Source of the DNA: an uncultured virus (IMG/VR IMGVR_UViG_3300034072_001506)
Lineage: Duplodnaviria; Heunggongvirae; Uroviricota; Caudoviricetes
DNA: 56,154 bases
Strand: one strand, 5' to 3'
IMG/VR virus record: IMGVR_UViG_3300034072_001506
The translations under genes were made by a program, and so were the position numbers. The notes under the pieces were generated by a model, which was given only the letters and a program-made list of their open reading frames with translations, made no database searches and was not told the DNA's origin. This document shows positions 40,386-49,211 of the stretch, one piece after another (position 1 is the first letter of the stretch; each line of letters begins with the position of its first letter).

Positions 40386-40751
40386 TTACACGTTCAGCGT
40401 GAACTCAACAGTGATGTAAAGGTCGGCTGATCCCTGAATCTTAACGTTGGATCCAATGCTATTGGCCGCCAGCTCGTTGGCAAATCGTAGAAGGAGAGCC
40501 AGAGGTATGCCAGAACCGGTATCAATCTTCACTTCAACAATGTTTGCTTCGTCGATATAAATGGGATAGCTATCCCAGAGGTCAATACCAATCTTGTGAG
40601 CAATACTCTTGATATTCTGCTCAACATTCTTTTCCCAGGCTCCGGAATCTTTGTCCGAATTAATATCTCCTGAGGTGACCTTGGCTTGCGAATCCTCGAC
40701 CAAACAGGTCTTCAATCCAGCAAGTTGTAGCAGTCGGTTATGGTCTGACAT
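40386..40751 (-). CDS. hypothetical protein
   Basis: GGAG RBS; N-terminal RLLQLAGL; inverted repeat 40758-40797 upstream. Confidence 0.7.
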   Translation of the reverse strand: MSDHNRLLQLAGLKTCLVEDSQAKVTSGDINSDKDSGAWEKNVEQNIKSIAHKIGIDLWDSYPIYIDEANIVEVKIDTGSGIPLALLLRFANELAANSIGSNVKIQGSADLYITVEFTLNV

Positions 40752-40824
40752 AATATTCTCCGTTCACCAGTTTGTTCTACTTATCTGGTGAACGGAGGTC
40801 AACACCTATTTGGAATTCAAGTCA

Positions 40825-40856
40825 AAAGAAAGGCGGGCTTTTGGCCCGCCTTTCTT
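40825..40856 (-). terminator. intrinsic terminator AAGAAAGGCGGGC-tttt-GGCCCGCCTTTCTT
   Basis: GC stem with U-tract on the minus strand after 40869-41219. Confidence 0.7.
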
Positions 40857-40868
40857 GGTCCTGGCTGA

Positions 40869-41219
40869 TTACTCGGCCGCGTCAGAAACTGCGACTTCAG
40901 CGCCTTCGATCACAGTCGTGTCGCCCTCGGCAGCTTCACCGGTGGTCATTGCGAACCAGCCGTACTTGTCCGAGCGCAGACCGAAGGTGCTCGCATTGGC
41001 CAGCTCAGCAGCCACACCCAGCTTCTCGAGCTGCTTGTCGGTGATCTCGACCTTGGCCGTCTTGCCGCTGGTCACGATCTCGGTCAGAACGTGCGGGCCG
41101 GCCTTGCGATCAGTGGGGCGAACCATGAGGGTGCCGTCCTTGACGTCCAGACGAAGCTTACCGCCCGTGCGGCCCTGGATAGCAGCAGTTGCCTGAGCAT
41201 TGAAATTCAGAATTCGCAT
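40869..41219 (-). CDS. small protein, KYGWF paralog family (copy 2)
   Basis: GGAGATCG RBS before MRILNF; VRPTDRKA, GLRSDKYGWF. Confidence 0.8.
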   Translation of the reverse strand: MRILNFNAQATAAIQGRTGGKLRLDVKDGTLMVRPTDRKAGPHVLTEIVTSGKTAKVEITDKQLEKLGVAAELANASTFGLRSDKYGWFAMTTGEAAEGDTTVIEGAEVAVSDAAE

Positions 41220-41415
41220 ATCGATCTCCATTACAAAGTTTGCGCAACAGCAAAAGCATGTTGTCTGGATCACATTAGCTGAACTGTCCTAAACGTCAAT
41301 ACCTAGGAGTAGGATTTTTTCATTCTTTTTAAGTAGGTTACACCTAAGTTCCACAGAAATGCTTGTTTTTCGGGCTGATTTTTAGATTTTATTGAAACCA
41401 AGAAGAGGAAAAATA

Positions 41416-41444
41416 TTGCCCTAATAACACAAAACCTCTATAAA
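41416..41444 (+). promoter_or_regulatory. sigma70-like promoter TTGCCC-N17-TATAAA
   Basis: Read directly, immediately upstream of a structured non-coding region. Confidence 0.6.
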
Positions 41445-41449
41445 GAGAG

Positions 41450-41710
41450 CATGGAAGGGTAGAAATATCCTTCTAGACTAGCATCCCCGCTAAGTGGGAC
41501 CTGACTACCGGGAGTTCGGGGTAGGGCATATGACACGTGCCATACGAGTGTCAGCGATAGTGGACGTTGCCAAGGCTCCACCTCGGCTGCTGAGTAAAAA
41601 CGCGGAAGGATGCTGATCCCCCTAAAAATAATCAGCACGGGGAAATCCGTCGAGGTCAACGAAGCCTCAAGAGCCCGGAACCAGCCTAGTCAACTGGAAC
41701 CGGGCTCAAT
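41450..41710 (+). ncRNA. candidate structured ncRNA (~260 nt)
   Basis: GAAA-tetraloop hairpin 41453-41474; multibranch closed by AGCATCC 41480-41486 / GGATGCT 41608-41614; hairpin 41671-41707; no credible ORF. Confidence 0.55.
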
Positions 41711-41726
41711 TGTGGTAAATATAGAT

Positions 41727-41820
41727 GACGGAGACGCCTAATGGGTATGGGCGCTCACTCACATGGGCAGGCGTATCCAGAGTGAGAGTGTAGAGGGTTC
41801 AAATCCCTTCCACGTCACCA
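41727..41820 (+). tRNA. tRNA-like RNA with enlarged anticodon arm (identity undetermined)
   Basis: D-arm CGCCT/GGGCG, 7-bp stem CTCACTC/GAGTGAG with 19-nt loop, T-arm GAGGG-TTCAAAT-CCCTT, 3' ACCA; imperfect acceptor stem. Confidence 0.6.
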
Positions 41821-42752
41821 TTAAGAAACAAAGTCACCTTTGGGAACCCAAGAATTTCTCCAATCAATCCCTGGTTCCAGTGATAGCATTACCTCTGGAG
41901 CAGAGTAATTGTCGTCTTCTGGCAGGCGGACCGACCACGTTACATTTTTGATGATATAGCTTTGGCCGTTAACAAACAGATGCCTTCCTTCGTCAGGCAC
42001 CTGTGACATTATCATTTTACCCATCAGCACGAATTTATCAGGTTTGATAATGCCAGATTCCGTATCCGCTCTGTGTTCATCACTCGACTTATATCGCCGG
42101 AAATGAACCATTACAGAATGTTCAGAATTCATGAAGCGTATCCTGGATCCATTGCCGGTGGTGACTCCGCACTGGCTTCCCAACCCATACGGTAATCTGC
42201 TGATCCATTCTCGTATTTGCTCAACAGTTCCAAATGACCATCGGCGCGATATCGCGTCCCGTCCATGAGTCCAGTCTGATATTCAGATTGGTTAACGGGC
42301 TGAGCGGTTTGTGAGATAAGCTGTTTCATAGTTTGAAACTAACGGTCGAGTCTTTTTAGTCAAGACGTTTGTCGACTATCATCTCGCCTTTTCTGTTTCC
42401 TCGCATGATCATCCCATAATAGCTGATCTCAAAGTGATCCCACATCCGCTTACAAGGATTGTTTGGGATTTCAAATCCAGTGTTTTGGGATTGGCGGTCA
42501 ACTATTTGGGCAAACGCCAATTTGAAAAGATCAAGGCTTTTTACAAAACGACTATCAGTTGCCGCAAAGGAAAACTGACCCACCATGTGATTATTGCTGA
42601 AAAGGTAAACCACGTGATCGGGCATTGATATCTTTTGCTTATATCTGCCGTTTATTGCTACCATCCTAACCTCCTGTTATAGCTTCTTTAACCTGATTTT
42701 ACATCTTAGGTGTTAAAGAAACGTAAACAGGTGGTATTTCTATCACAGACAG

Positions 42753-42780
42753 AAACGGCGGCCCCTACGACCGCCGTTTC
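42753..42780 (-). terminator. hairpin AAACGGCGG...CCGCCGTTT
   Basis: Inverted repeat after 42799-43092. Confidence 0.6.
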
Positions 42781-42798
42781 CGCCGAATGGCTATTCGA

Positions 42799-43092
42799 TT
42801 AGTCGGCGATCTTCACCGACGCGCCACGGCCGGTGTGACCCGGGGTCAGCGCGAACCAGCCATACTTGTCGGCCCGCAGCCCGTAGGCGCCGGCGGTCAG
42901 GTCCTGGCCTTCGATGGTTGCCTTGCCGCCCGATAGGTCGACCAGGAGTTCGTCCTTCTTCAGATTCACACGCGCCTTGCGATCGGTGGGGCGAATGAAC
43001 ATGACGCCGTCACGCACCTGGGTGCGAAGCTTGGTGGCTGCCGAAAAACGATCCAGACCGCGAGCCGCGGTATTCAGGGTAAGAGTTGACAT
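42799..43092 (-). CDS. small protein, KYGWF paralog family (copy 3)
   Basis: Start MSTLTL after AGATCG; IRPTDRKA, GLRADKYGWF. Confidence 0.8.
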   Translation of the reverse strand: MSTLTLNTAARGLDRFSAATKLRTQVRDGVMFIRPTDRKARVNLKKDELLVDLSGGKATIEGQDLTAGAYGLRADKYGWFALTPGHTGRGASVKIAD

Positions 43093-43384
43093 TTTCGATC
43101 TTTCTACGTTGCTGTTCACTTCAATGAGTAAAAGGTTACTCAGGGTTGTGAACAGCGGGATTGCCGTCCACAGCCCAGAAGATAAACGTTGATGTCTAAA
43201 AGTCAACCGAAGAATCGCTGTTTTTATTGAATTCTATATACCTTTTGAGTGTGTCAAGTGAAAAATTCGCAGATTTCTGCGATTTCTTCTACCAAAATAG
43301 TTCAATTTTTTCTTGCCCTAATTGCCAAAGACACTACGTTATCTGGCGTGAATGAGATAATTTGAAGCATTTATTGGATTCCAA

Positions 43385-43915
43385 ATGACCCAAGCGCCCA
43401 AAATTCAAGATGGTTCTCGTCTCCCTGGTCTGATGGGAGAATACACCGATGAAGAGCTGAATGCTCACACGATAAAGCATGCCAAATACTTTACGGTGGT
43501 ACAAATTACCAGAGGTGGATTTGTCGGCGGAGGTCAAAACTATGATCGTCATCAGGTAGAATCTCTGGAAGAAGCCAATACGTTGGCCGAAAGCCTATAT
43601 AAAGATGATCCCAAGAAAAGAGGCATCATCATCTATGCTGTTGCTGATTTCGCCGGTGCCAATGGTTTCAGCAGACCAGTGGGCAACTATCCGCCGACAA
43701 CTTATATGAGCAAAAGCGATCGGGCACGAGAGGAAAAGAAGCGCAAAGCAGAAGCCCGTGAGAAGCTTCGCGCAGCACGTCTTAGCTTGGGCGAGGGCAG
43801 GATTAGCCCTAGCTGTAAAACCCCTGCAGAACCCGTTGCTGAAGCTTCTCAGATGTCTTCTGCTGCTTGGCTAGATGCAGATGTTCCGCTAGCTTTTATT
43901 TCGGAAGATGATTAA
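43385..43915 (+). CDS. hypothetical protein
   Basis: 176-aa ORF with a TTGCCC-type promoter upstream. Confidence 0.65.
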   Translation: MTQAPKIQDGSRLPGLMGEYTDEELNAHTIKHAKYFTVVQITRGGFVGGGQNYDRHQVESLEEANTLAESLYKDDPKKRGIIIYAVADFAGANGFSRPVGNYPPTTYMSKSDRAREEKKRKAEAREKLRAARLSLGEGRISPSCKTPAEPVAEASQMSSAAWLDADVPLAFISEDD

Positions 43916-44349
43916 AGCTTTGCCAATTTGGTAGCAGCTTCCCAGTCTCGACGCAGTTGAAGCATTTCATCCTTGTCAGCCTGCGTCAGCTTACCAGCGC
44001 AATTCAGATCTCTACAATGATCCAGCGCCTTTTGATACTTTTCATAAAGAGAGTATTGAAGGACCTCATCTTCACTGGGACGTTGCTCCAGAAGTAGGCT
44101 AGAACCCTTGATTACATTATACCAAGGAACCCCGATCAGATCAGATCCCAGGAGTCCCTGGTCAATTATACTCTGCATTGCTCGGTCGATTCTGAGGTCG
44201 GCAGCAGACCCCAGTTCATTCAAGGTGAATGCCTGATCACCAATGAAAAGAAAGATTCTGTCATCTACTGGTTTTCTGGTCATTGGCTTACCTAAATTGA
44301 CTGTTAGGCTATTATGAGCATAGGATTGTCCTATGTCAAATAGTCGCAC
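43912..44349 (-). CDS. hypothetical protein (start probably MTRKP)
   Basis: Fills the gap between + strand genes. Confidence 0.5.
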   Translation of the reverse strand: MRLFDIGQSYAHNSLTVNLGKPMTRKPVDDRIFLFIGDQAFTLNELGSAADLRIDRAMQSIIDQGLLGSDLIGVPWYNVIKGSSLLLEQRPSEDEVLQYSLYEKYQKALDHCRDLNCAGKLTQADKDEMLQLRRDWEAATKLAKL

Positions 44350-44659
44350 AAGTATTTACGTTATAGGCCCAGATGGTGGCCCCTATAAAATAGGTTATAG
44401 CGCGACGCCTCAAAGCCGTCTGTCATCCCTTCAAACAGGAACAACCCAAAAGTTGATCCTGCATTATAGTGAAGAAACAGATACAGAAATTGCCAAGGTG
44501 ATTGAAAAGCTAATTCATCGTCAAATTGGCCACAAAAGAATTCGCGGCGAATGGTTTGATGTCAGCTTGGATGAAGCAATAGGGGAAGTAAGGTTCGCCT
44601 TTATCCGTTGGGAAGACGAACCTCACTTAGCATCCAAATTTAAGAACAAGCTTCTTTAG
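44333..44659 (+). CDS. GIY-YIG / T5orf172-type nuclease-domain protein
   Basis: IYVI...YKIGYS..P.SRL..LQTG...E..IH....RIRGEWF. Confidence 0.85.
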   Translation: MSNSRTSIYVIGPDGGPYKIGYSATPQSRLSSLQTGTTQKLILHYSEETDTEIAKVIEKLIHRQIGHKRIRGEWFDVSLDEAIGEVRFAFIRWEDEPHLASKFKNKLL

Positions 44660-45105
44660 GCAAGAAGCGACTTCACAATGGCACTGGCCTTGCCCTTGTC
44701 AAGCGAGGTGCCAAACACCTGGACCAGTCCGGCCATGATGCCGCCCATCTGCTTCATGTTCTTTTCCGGCAAAGCGGCAATCAGACTCTCGGCTTCGCCA
44801 CGGATCTCATCCTCGCTTGCCATCTGAGGCAACAGACTTTCCAGGATTGCGAGCTCCTTCAACGAAGCCTCATGGTCGGGCTTGTGGCTCAGCGTGTCCT
44901 TGACTTGCTTGATGCCCTTCTGAATGGCCCGAAGTGCGTCTTCGTCATTGGCACTCACGGCAGACAGGTCAACCCCGTCCTTGATAGCGCGTTCCTTGGC
45001 ACTGGCCGTGGCACCGCTCTGGACTGCCAGCAGCGCACCGGCAAGCGGATCACGCGACTTGCGCAGTTCGAGGGTTTTGGCATTCAAAGCGGCAAGCACA
45101 CTCAC
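44656..45105 (-). CDS. GatB/YqeY-domain protein
   Basis: ELAILESLLPQMASEDEI...MKQMGGIMA...DKGKASAIVKSLL. Confidence 0.8.
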   Translation of the reverse strand: MSVLAALNAKTLELRKSRDPLAGALLAVQSGATASAKERAIKDGVDLSAVSANDEDALRAIQKGIKQVKDTLSHKPDHEASLKELAILESLLPQMASEDEIRGEAESLIAALPEKNMKQMGGIMAGLVQVFGTSLDKGKASAIVKSLLA

Positions 45106-45581
45106 TTGGATTCTCCCTTAACAATCTTGATCGTCACCTTGACGTCTAAGCCTTCATAACATTTTCTGAGTCGTTCGCAAGCGGAGATCACCTTGTTTTT
45201 GTTCCTATATTGCTTGGCAAGATCAAACTCATCAACCAACTTTGGGGACTTTCGCCCGGTGATTTCGTTTTTGATCGTTGGATCAGGGCGTTGGGTTGGC
45301 TTCATATAGGCAGGGACTGTGCCCTTACGATGATTTCGTGCCGAACAATTACCGCGCCGCCAAGAACTTGAAAAGTATCCACGCCGATAAAGGAGATCAC
45401 TATATTCTGGTGTTTTTGTGCCGTCCTTTTCGAAACGACTCAGACAGGGCTCGTCATTGGAAACCTTGACTTCTACGGTTTCAGCAACTTCACCGGCGTA
45501 GAAACGATGACCCACCTGTATATAGAAGTAGGAGCCTCTTGGAAGCTTTTCATCGCTACGTAGAATAGGTAGATCAACCAC
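45102..45581 (-). CDS. hypothetical protein
   Basis: Coupled to flanking ORFs. Confidence 0.6.
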   Translation of the reverse strand: MVDLPILRSDEKLPRGSYFYIQVGHRFYAGEVAETVEVKVSNDEPCLSRFEKDGTKTPEYSDLLYRRGYFSSSWRRGNCSARNHRKGTVPAYMKPTQRPDPTIKNEITGRKSPKLVDEFDLAKQYRNKNKVISACERLRKCYEGLDVKVTIKIVKGESK

Positions 45582-45894
45582 GGAAGGTATACCCCCAGGT
45601 TTGACAGTTCTCAGGGGTCCATGACAATTTGGCTTTTATTATATCACGCCCACAGGATAACCAACAAGCCAACATGCTCATAAAGTTGTTTGACAACAAA
45701 ATATCACATACTTCGTCACCAACATTGTCTGGATTATCATTAGCGGCCAGATTACGTTGTTGGATATATTCGAAGATGTCGTTATGAGACATGCCCTGCA
45801 GTATAGCTGACGCTATCGAGAGAGCTTCTTCACTGAATTCTTGGAATCGTCTGAATGTATCTTCTGATTCATCGTATCCCATACGACCCCTCAT
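45574..45894 (-). CDS. hypothetical protein, AKLxW-ending
   Basis: Coupled chain; IKAKLSW. Confidence 0.55.
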   Translation of the reverse strand: MRGRMGYDESEDTFRRFQEFSEEALSIASAILQGMSHNDIFEYIQQRNLAANDNPDNVGDEVCDILLSNNFMSMLACWLSCGRDIIKAKLSWTPENCQTWGYTFRG

Positions 45895-46214
45895 CAGTAA
45901 TCCTCATGCCAAGCAAGCTTGGCAGCTATCATGTTACAACTATGATCTACATAGCATCGAACCATTCGACAGCAAACTGGGCAACTAACAAACTCGTTTA
46001 GTTTTTCAATTAGCTCACCAATAGCTAGATATTGTCTGTTGCTGTAATTGGAAATGATGTGACGAGTCACATCACGTATACCACATTCCAAGCCTGCGGC
46101 CTGTTGCTTGGTAGCCCAAGCCAAAGCAGAACGGATCAGGATAGGCAGATCCTGAAACCGTTTGAAGCTATAGTCGGCAGGAGGAAGATGAGCTTGTGAT
46201 ATGAATCCTATCAA
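45894..46214 (-). CDS. hypothetical protein, AKLxW-ending
   Basis: Coupled chain; MIAAKLAW. Confidence 0.55.
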   Translation of the reverse strand: MIGFISQAHLPPADYSFKRFQDLPILIRSALAWATKQQAAGLECGIRDVTRHIISNYSNRQYLAIGELIEKLNEFVSCPVCCRMVRCYVDHSCNMIAAKLAWHEDY

Positions 46215-46768
46215 TCATTCCTCCTGCCGTTCCAAGTCTTCAACTTAAAGCGATCATCCCGAACCCCCAGCCAGTGATCACGAACCTTGCCGATCGTCAG
46301 ATGAAGCCCAAAGTCGTAGGGAAGATCAAATTCCTTGCGGATTTCCAACAACCAAGGGCACTTGACCTCAACAAAGAAAAACTCACCCTTGGCCAGCTGA
46401 ACATTGGGGCTATAGAGGAACTCAACCTCACGTCCCTGATACTTGCCCCACATCGCTTCCTTTTGCCACTTGGGCACCTTGCGCAGATCGTTGCGGCCAC
46501 GAATGACGCTGACATGAGCATCACCACTGGGCTGAAGCAACCCATGACCGGCGGCGTCAGTGACGTTAACGAGATTGCGATCAACAAACCACCGGAACAG
46601 TCGAGTGATTTCACGATCAACCTCAAGGACAAGCCAGTCCTCGGTATTCCGCTTGTTCTTGCGCTTGGGGTCATAGACCAACACACCTCGGCCCTTGAGC
46701 CAACCGGTCTCACCAAGCATTAGCTTGGGTTTGAGCGCTTCTCGCCGTGCAGGTGTTAACGTGTTCAT
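46211..46768 (-). CDS. 2H phosphoesterase family protein
   Basis: Two HxS/T motifs, AHVSVI and LHLTIG, about 70 aa apart. Confidence 0.75.
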   Translation of the reverse strand: MNTLTPARREALKPKLMLGETGWLKGRGVLVYDPKRKNKRNTEDWLVLEVDREITRLFRWFVDRNLVNVTDAAGHGLLQPSGDAHVSVIRGRNDLRKVPKWQKEAMWGKYQGREVEFLYSPNVQLAKGEFFFVEVKCPWLLEIRKEFDLPYDFGLHLTIGKVRDHWLGVRDDRFKLKTWNGRRND

Positions 46769-46807
46769 GCAGATATTCGTAACACCAGTTTTTATTCTGT
46801 CAAGGAA

Positions 46808-46833
46808 AAAGGGTCGGATTTTTCCGACCCTTT
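46808..46833. terminator. hairpin AAAGGGTCGG-attttt-CCGACCCTTT
   Basis: Inverted repeat with A/T tails. Confidence 0.65.
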
Positions 46834-46859
46834 AACTTTGGTGCGACCCAAAAGGCTTA

Positions 46860-47234
46860 TTAGGCGACTTCGACAAATTTCTTCTTAGCGGAGTCCCAAT
46901 CATAGGACTTTCCGGCCATCCTGAGACCGACCAGCGCATCAAGATTGATGTTGCGGAAGGCTCCCTTTTCCATATCTTCAACGCTCTTACCTGCGTTGTA
47001 GGGAGCCTTGGGATCCATCTTCTGCATGTCGAAGACGGTCAGGAGATTCTTGCTGGCCGGATCATAGGACTGTCCAACACCCTTGACTCCCTTCTTGACT
47101 CCGCGACGGCAATTCATCGTGCGAAGCGAGGGTTCGCCTGGCTTGGCCGTGCGCTTGACGAAGTCCACGGTGAACAACTGGCCACCCTTGGTATTCTCGA
47201 GGAACTGTTCCAGGGTCATTTCGTTTCGTGCCAT
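46860..47234 (-). CDS. putative SH3/WYL-like beta-barrel phage protein
   Basis: FTVDFVKR...RTMNCR...VFDM...FRNINLD pattern; GGAGATCG RBS. Confidence 0.6.
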   Translation of the reverse strand: MARNEMTLEQFLENTKGGQLFTVDFVKRTAKPGEPSLRTMNCRRGVKKGVKGVGQSYDPASKNLLTVFDMQKMDPKAPYNAGKSVEDMEKGAFRNINLDALVGLRMAGKSYDWDSAKKKFVEVA

Positions 47235-47299
47235 GTGCGATCTCCCTAAAAGTTGATACATATCAAATAGCAGGGAAATCGCACCTTGTCAACCGTCCA

Positions 47300-47635
47300 T
47301 CAAGCTTTTTTACGACTTTTTGATTTTTTCGTAGTTTTCCGCGGAGGCATCTTGATTCCACCATAGCCAATGCGTTGGACTTGTGCCCCATTCTTGGCTG
47401 TTACGACAAGGTCATGGTCACAAGCGTTGAGAAGCGCCCTCACAGTAGCAAGCTGTGGAAAGCGCGTTTCCCTGTAAAGCCACTTGCTGATGGTCTGCGG
47501 GGTCGGTCCTCCCCGCTCGTGGACCCTCTTGAGCGACTGGCCACTGTTGATCATTACCGCGATACTATCGTCTCGCAGGTCCTCGAGATCAACCAGTGGT
47601 TTTCTGGCTCCTGCTTCGCCTATCTTCTTTGCCAT
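47300..47635 (-). CDS. XRE-type helix-turn-helix DNA-binding protein
   Basis: SLKRVHERGGPTPQTISKWLYRETRFPQLATV; AGGAGATCG RBS. Confidence 0.75.
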   Translation of the reverse strand: MAKKIGEAGARKPLVDLEDLRDDSIAVMINSGQSLKRVHERGGPTPQTISKWLYRETRFPQLATVRALLNACDHDLVVTAKNGAQVQRIGYGGIKMPPRKTTKKSKSRKKA

Positions 47636-47647
47636 ATTCCGATCTCC

Positions 47648-48967
47648 TTATAGACTTGGCAATTCCCATTTGATACGGATGCCACGAATATTCTTGTTCT
47701 TTCTAAAGGCCATGAACCCTCGGAAGAGAACTTCTACTTTCTGCTCACGCACCAAAGAACTGAATTCCATCAGCTTCTCGCGAGTAACGTAGGCAGGGCT
47801 ATCAGCAGATATGTTCACGCCAGTGATCACTTGATCCAGAAATGTCTGAGCCATAACAGGATCAGCTTTGCTCATTATATAATGGCAGAATGATATCACA
47901 CTGGGAGGAGCGAGTCTCTTGCTCTTGTTGCCATGCTTGTATGGATACTGACTAGAGATATCCAATAGCGGGTCAGCAGTTGCCCTTTCATAAATCTCAC
48001 TCGCCGTGACTCGATTCATGTTGGAGAAATTCTGCCCTTGGTTTCGCTCATAAGCAAGGACAAAACGAGTAAGAGCAGCAAGCGTGGTCGGTTGGGTGTA
48101 ACCGTCCACACTAAGGTGGTCATGAGCCCCGCGATTAGCGCCAGTATCAACTGTCTTCCGAGTGCTACGTTCTACACCAAACACAAAGAGAACTGGTATG
48201 CTCTTGTTGGTTTCGATAACAGCAAGACTACGGTGCTGGCCATTATTGACCAACCCTTCCTTGCTGATGATAATAGTCTCGCCATTGAAATCCCAACGAT
48301 CTGCGTTGATATCGCTGATATATTGATTGAGCTTGGCCTGGCGGACTGGACGATTGCCGTCATTGTGATTAACGAGAACACGAGCCAAAGCTGGAGTCAT
48401 ATCGACCTGCTCGGTTACGACTCTTTCCTTGCTTCTTGCTACCCGTTGTTCATACCAGAGTGCGGCCCCCTCATCAGTGGTCAGATCCGCATGATTGGCC
48501 TCAATTTCCTTGATGTCCTCTACGAAATGAGTGCCAGGGAAATGAGCTTCAACGGAAGTTTCCTCCTTCAAAGCTTCGATATCCAGGAATGTGCTGATCA
48601 CTGCGGCAGGCAATTCGCTTGTGAACTCAATAGATTCATGATGGGGATTGAACTTACCCTGGAGGTGAAGAGATTTTATCTCTGCCTCCGGAGTGGTCAT
48701 CCCAGTCAGATGATGTTCACCCAGGCTGTTAGCATAAGCAAAGCGTCCTCTCACGCTCATTGAAAGCTTTACGCCTTCTGTTCCAAGGTTCAAACTAAGA
48801 ACCCCGTTTTTGTGCGACATCTTGATTCGCTGGTGGTCTTCGGGTACGTGAGAGAGGAATTCTTTGCTGACACCAACACACCAGACTAACCTGGATCGCG
48901 TCTTGCTTCCCATTCTCAGACTGCTGAGTCTGAGTTCGATTGGTGACTGAAGTGGACTGTTAGTCAT
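47648..48967 (-). CDS. ParB/Srx-like domain protein
   Basis: NRPV......Y..DI....W..NGETI......VNNGQHR..A motif. Confidence 0.7.
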   Translation of the reverse strand: MTNSPLQSPIELRLSSLRMGSKTRSRLVWCVGVSKEFLSHVPEDHQRIKMSHKNGVLSLNLGTEGVKLSMSVRGRFAYANSLGEHHLTGMTTPEAEIKSLHLQGKFNPHHESIEFTSELPAAVISTFLDIEALKEETSVEAHFPGTHFVEDIKEIEANHADLTTDEGAALWYEQRVARSKERVVTEQVDMTPALARVLVNHNDGNRPVRQAKLNQYISDINADRWDFNGETIIISKEGLVNNGQHRSLAVIETNKSIPVLFVFGVERSTRKTVDTGANRGAHDHLSVDGYTQPTTLAALTRFVLAYERNQGQNFSNMNRVTASEIYERATADPLLDISSQYPYKHGNKSKRLAPPSVISFCHYIMSKADPVMAQTFLDQVITGVNISADSPAYVTREKLMEFSSLVREQKVEVLFRGFMAFRKNKNIRGIRIKWELPSL

Positions 48968-49202
48968 TTACTGGTTCCGATCTCATAGTTGATATTACTG
49001 TTGTGACGAATGCCTTTTCAGCAGCTTGTTTGTCAGTTTGAAATTCATCCAAAGCTCGTCTAAGAGATGGATTGGTTTCTGGGTCGAAGAACAATTTGAT
49101 AACTGTGCTGGCAAGATAAAGCTTGCTCATCCCAGTTTGTTTGGCAATAACATCAAGGGCCTGACTGGCTTCCTTGGTTATCGCAACGCTCGTGTGGCTC
49201 AT
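48960..49202 (-). CDS. ribbon-helix-helix-like DNA-binding protein
   Basis: TSVAITKEASQALDVIAKQTGMSKLYLAS. Confidence 0.6.
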   Translation of the reverse strand: MSHTSVAITKEASQALDVIAKQTGMSKLYLASTVIKLFFDPETNPSLRRALDEFQTDKQAAEKAFVTTVISTMRSEPVND

Positions 49203-49211
49203 AGTCGTCTT

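Noticed and set aside
41450..41820. tmRNA or RNase P RNA
   Set aside because: The acceptor end lacks the tRNA-Ala G3-U70 / CTCCACCA signature, no tag ORF was found, and no RNase P P4 consensus was seen
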